A stretch of DNA of 62,594 bases, filler included, from Candidatus Desantisbacteria bacterium CG1_02_49_89 (GTDB taxonomy: Bacteria; Desantisbacteria; UBA1551), in the NCBI GenBank assembly GCA_001871075.1. It is 5 parts of 5 records of this genome, joined end to end, with 100 filler letters (N's around TTAATTAATTAA, not from the genome) between each part and the next. Parts side by side here need not be neighbours in the genome. Positions count along the whole stretch, not along the records: positions 49,834 to 62,594 come from MNUP01000041.1; 4 more parts are not named here. One strand, given 5' to 3'. Below, in pieces: positions 59,235-62,594 of this stretch. The first letter of the stretch is position 1. Each line of letters starts with the position of its first letter. The notes beneath the pieces were generated by a model that was not told the DNA's origin, made no database searches, and worked only from the letters and a program-made list of their open reading frames with translations. The position numbers and the translations under genes are program-made.

Positions 59235-60254
59235 ATGAAAAAGAAGATTTTAATAATCTTGTTTTTAACTTTTAACTTTTCCGAATGGATCCCTTTGGGA
59301 CAACTTTTAACTTTTCCGCCCACCATGGGTATTGGTGGGCGAGACCTCGCCCAGATGAATATCTGGGCGGGTAGCTGCGCCTGGGCGCTCAGCCCGGGAA
59401 GCAGCGGGGTGAATTTCCTAAGGCTCGCGGTGGGCGCAAGGGCCGCGGGAATGGGCGAAGCATTCACTGCGGTCGCGGATGACGCAAGCGCGGTCGGCTG
59501 GAACCCGGCAGGGCTGACACAGATCGAAGACAAGCAGATATTTTTTGTCCACGGATTGCTGCCTTTATTTGTAAACCAGGATCTAGTAAGCTACGCGCAA
59601 TCCTGGGACAAATATTCGTTTGGGTTCAGCGCGAACTTTCTTTCAAGCGGCAAAATGTACAGGACCACGGAGAACGCTTCGGGGGATTACACCGGGACTA
59701 ACGGGCAGTTTGAAAGCGTTGATTCCGCGTTCATGTTTTCCTTCGCGCAAAGAACGGGAGGTTTCGGGTTCGGCGCCACTCTTAAGATATTACGCAGCGT
59801 TATAGATAGTTATTCCGGAAATGCCATAGGGGTGGATGTGGGTTTCCTTTACAGGTTTGGGAACAACAAAAATTTCAAGCTGGCAGCGGTCTTGCAGAAT
59901 TTCGGCTCCAAGATGAAGTATTCAAATGACGTGCAGGACGGCCTGCCCATGGGCATGCGCCTGGGCGGTTCTTACGCGGTCGGCACTGAACTGGGAAAGA
60001 TGAACCTGAGTTTTGATCTGAATTTGCCTATTGATCATTCCGCGGGAGTGCATCTGGGGTTAGAATACTGGATACAGGACATTGCCGCGATAAGGATAGG
60101 GTATAAAACTGACAGGATAAACGATCTGGACGCTCTTTCCGGGCTCTGCTGCGGCGGCGGCGTGAAGTTTGAGAACTTCGAGGTGGATTACGCCTACGTT
60201 CCTTACGGGGACTTGGGCCAAACGCATCGCATCTCCATACTTGCTAGCTTCTAA
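59235..60254 (+). CDS. PorV/PorQ-like outer-membrane barrel
   Basis: FLRLAVGARAAGMGEAFTAVADDASAVGWNPAGL...DYAYVPYGDLGQTHRIS. Confidence 0.9.
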   Translation: MKKKILIILFLTFNFSEWIPLGQLLTFPPTMGIGGRDLAQMNIWAGSCAWALSPGSSGVNFLRLAVGARAAGMGEAFTAVADDASAVGWNPAGLTQIEDKQIFFVHGLLPLFVNQDLVSYAQSWDKYSFGFSANFLSSGKMYRTTENASGDYTGTNGQFESVDSAFMFSFAQRTGGFGFGATLKILRSVIDSYSGNAIGVDVGFLYRFGNNKNFKLAAVLQNFGSKMKYSNDVQDGLPMGMRLGGSYAVGTELGKMNLSFDLNLPIDHSAGVHLGLEYWIQDIAAIRIGYKTDRINDLDALSGLCCGGGVKFENFEVDYAYVPYGDLGQTHRISILASF

Positions 60255-60355
60255 AATTAACCACAGGTTAACACAGGTAAACACAGTTTCAGATAAAAAC
60301 CTTGTTTTTGATTCATAATTCATAACTCATAATTCATAATTAGAAAGAGGGAAAA

Positions 60356-60787
60356 ATGAATACGGCGCCGAGTTTAAAAGCAATGCTGACCTGCGACAAC
60401 ATTATAACAGAGCAGGGCACAGGCAAAAAAAGCCTGATAGGGATATTCGAAAAAATACATTCGCAGAGGTTTCCCTGCATGCATCCGGCTTTAAGCGTGT
60501 ACGTGAATTTTACGGATGCCGTGGGGAAATACAATTTCAAGCTGGAATTATACGACGTTGAAAAAGAGAAGGTGCTTGCCGGAGCGGAAATAAAAGACAT
60601 TAACATACCGGACAAGCTGGGCATAAGCGAACTCGCGTTCAACCTGAGGGGACTCGGGTTCGAGCACCCTGGAAAATACGAGTTCAGGATCTCAGCGAAC
60701 GGCAGGTTTTTCGGGATGAAGTCTTTTATGCTTGAGCAGGCTAAAGCGCAGGGCGCTCAGCAGCATCCCGGTGAAACCATCAACTAA
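60356..60787 (+). CDS. DUF6941-like hypothetical protein
   Basis: MLTCDNII.E..TGKKSLIGIF...F..PG.Y. Confidence 0.7.
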   Translation: MNTAPSLKAMLTCDNIITEQGTGKKSLIGIFEKIHSQRFPCMHPALSVYVNFTDAVGKYNFKLELYDVEKEKVLAGAEIKDINIPDKLGISELAFNLRGLGFEHPGKYEFRISANGRFFGMKSFMLEQAKAQGAQQHPGETIN

Positions 60788-60900
60788 CACAAACAATTAA
60801 GAACGCAGGATAAACCACGGAGACACAGAGGCACAGAGAAGAATTTCTTGGTTTTAAACTGGATACTGGATACTGGCAACTGGTAACTGTAGTTAAGGAT

Positions 60901-60984
60901 GCCGAAGTGGCGGAATTGGCATACGCCTACGGCTCAGGACCGTAGGGGCGAAAGCCCTTGGGGGTTCAACTCCCCCCTTCGGCA
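60901..60984 (+). tRNA. tRNA-Leu(CAG), CCA not encoded
   Basis: GCCGAAG/CTTCGGC acceptor; TACGG-CTCAGGA-CCGTA anticodon arm; long variable arm; GGTTCAACTCC. Confidence 0.95.
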
Positions 60985-61011
60985 TGTCCTTTTCGCAAAA
61001 CGAAAAGGACA

Positions 61012-61102
61012 GAGCAATGGAGCAATGGAAAATAGAGAATAGGTTAAAGACAAGGCGACATTGCGGTCTATTCTCTATTGTTCTATTCTCAGATGTTTTT
61101 AA
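61012..61102 (+). repeat. tRNA-3'-linked element homologous to 22113-22210
   Basis: GAGCAATGGAGCAATGGAAAATAGAGAATAG...GCGACATTGCGGTCTATTCTC. Confidence 0.85.
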
Positions 61103-61224
61103 TTAGCTCCCCGGTAGAAGCGGGGGAGTTGAAAGGCACTTTCCGCTTATATTAAATGAATCCGTTGTTCACAATTATTACTCAGCTTGATCGATGGAAT
61201 CAGGTATGACAAATCAGAATTTAT

Positions 61225-61290
61225 TTGACTTTTGAGCCAGGTTATGCTATAATGTTCTATAAAACGAACAATTGTTCGCAAAATAGAACA
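61225..61290 (+). promoter_or_regulatory. Sigma70 promoter and palindromic operator of the MNT-HEPN operon
   Basis: TTGACT-N17-TATAAT; TGTTCTAT...CGAACAATTGTTCG...ATAGAACA. Confidence 0.7.
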
Positions 61291-61299
61291 TAGGAGAAA

Positions 61300-61905
61300 A
61301 TGATGAGGTTTCATGATATATTAGAGGATATTTTTTCCAGCAAGGTAAAAATATCCGTTGTTAAAATATTGTTTCGCTATCCAGAAAAGAAATTTAGCGG
61401 CAGAGAATTAGCGAGAGTTGTCAATGCTTCTCCCTCTAGAGTGTGGGAGATCCTGAATTTTCTACAACGATACGGAATAATTGAAAGCGCGAGAATTGGA
61501 AATACAATTGCATGGAATTTGAACAAAAGCAGTATATTTTCAAAAGAGTTAAAAAGGGTTTTTCATTTAGAAAAGAAAATGTTTGGAGATTTAAAACATA
61601 AAATAGCACATTTGTTCAAAAAACGGCTATTTGTCAAAAGGGTAATACTTTTTGGCTCGGTTGCTCATGGAAAAGAATCGCCTGAAAGTGATATAGATCT
61701 CCTTGTCGTAGTTAAGAAAGAAAATGATAAGAAAATTGCAGGAGATATAATTCAACAACTGAACCCAGTTTTTCTATCTTTATACGGAAATATGATTTCA
61801 GAAATTATTTATTCTGAGAAAGAATGGTTGGCAAAGAGAAACACGCCCCTTGCAAAGAATATAGAATCTAAGGGAGAAATTCTTTTTGAAAGGGAATCAG
61901 CGTAA
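61300..61905 (+). CDS. wHTH + minimal nucleotidyltransferase (MNT) antitoxin
   Basis: FSGRELAR HTH; LFGSVAHG...SDIDLLVV. Confidence 0.9.
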   Translation: MMRFHDILEDIFSSKVKISVVKILFRYPEKKFSGRELARVVNASPSRVWEILNFLQRYGIIESARIGNTIAWNLNKSSIFSKELKRVFHLEKKMFGDLKHKIAHLFKKRLFVKRVILFGSVAHGKESPESDIDLLVVVKKENDKKIAGDIIQQLNPVFLSLYGNMISEIIYSEKEWLAKRNTPLAKNIESKGEILFERESA

Positions 61906-61916
61906 ACAAAATAAAA

Positions 61917-62312
61917 GTGTATGATATAGAAGAGGAGCGTTATAATATATACTGGAAAAAAGCTAAAGAATTTTATCAGATAATGAAGTTTGCGGAAGAT
62001 AAAGAATTATGGATAGGCGCAGGGCTTCTTGGTATCCACTGTGCCATTTCACTTTGCGATGCATTAACAACTTTCTATTTAGGGGCAAGGTCAAGAAGTG
62101 AAAAACATCAAGATGTGGTTGTATTGCTTAAGAAAATCAAAGTGAAAAATATAGATGAAAAAATAAGGCACGTTCTATCTATACTTTCTGTAAAAAATCT
62201 TGTAGAATATGAAGCAAGAGAATTCAAAGAAAGTGATTCAAGGAAAATTATAATTCAGGTAGAACGCTTGTATGTTTGGGTAAGTCAACTTCTTCCCATA
62301 AGAGAAGATTGA
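61917..62312 (+). CDS. HEPN domain protein
   Basis: KA.EF...A...IH..I...DA...H...KN..EY; follows MNT gene. Confidence 0.8.
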   Translation: MYDIEEERYNIYWKKAKEFYQIMKFAEDKELWIGAGLLGIHCAISLCDALTTFYLGARSRSEKHQDVVVLLKKIKVKNIDEKIRHVLSILSVKNLVEYEAREFKESDSRKIIIQVERLYVWVSQLLPIRED

Positions 62313-62378
62313 CAGAAATATAAAAGTAGCTTTAGAATTCCGCAGACAGAGCAACGGGGAAGATTATGGTGATTAGGC

Positions 62379-62594
62379 GAGCGCCAAGCTAAGCTGTGGC
62401 TAATCCAGTCAGTTGCAAATAACTGACCCAGATAAGATTTGGCAGTCTGGTAGCAAGAAGCCAGAAAGGAAGGAGCAATCTTTCTTTTCTAAGCGGCTTG
62501 ACAAAGTCCGCCTCGGGCGGGCGATGCAAAAGACGGGTTGCAACGAAAGTGAATCCAGGTGTAGCTTCGTAAACATTAAAGGGTGAGGAGGGCG
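62379..62594 (+). mobile_element. Probable group II intron 5' region (domain I), truncated by window end
   Basis: GAGCG start-like motif; hairpins TCAGTT-GCAAAT-AACTGA and CCAGA...TCTGG; TAGCAAGAAGC-[GCAA stem-loop]-AAGCGGCTTGACAAA; GCAACGAAAGTGAATCC...AGCTTCGTAAA. Confidence 0.6.

Overview
Bacterial window, probably from a metagenome-assembled genome of an anaerobic, diderm, uncultured lineage. It consists of five contigs joined by 100-nt N/TTAATTAATTAA linkers (9873-9972, 15581-15680, 25986-26085, 49734-49833), so adjacency across linkers is not biological. Coding content is mostly housekeeping: dnaK-groES-groEL under a sigma54 promoter, queCD-murI-amidase, smpB-tmRNA, hypAF, def-panD, alr, pyrR-B-C-K-D-F-E, partial hisS and argC, and tRNA-Leu. 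It also holds secreted LamG/beta-propeller/metzincin-like proteins with FlgD/T9SS-like C-terminal domains next to PorV-like barrels, remnants of tRNA-targeted islands, an MNT-HEPN pair and group II intron-like sequence at both window ends. The most striking signal is non-coding. Nearly every intergenic gap carries a small element built of 6-9-nt tandem repeats in inverted arms; about 20 unit families are present, and at least two share a common inner core. These elements also sit in frame inside enzymes (HypF, PyrK, PyrD, RNR activase) and signal peptides, and are themselves invaded by 21-70-bp hairpin mini-insertions with no target duplication. One family sits directly behind the tmRNA and tRNA-Leu 3' ends, next to a four-helix-bundle (IVP/Avd-like) gene, a candidate partner protein. 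All calls are by eye; no database searches were run.
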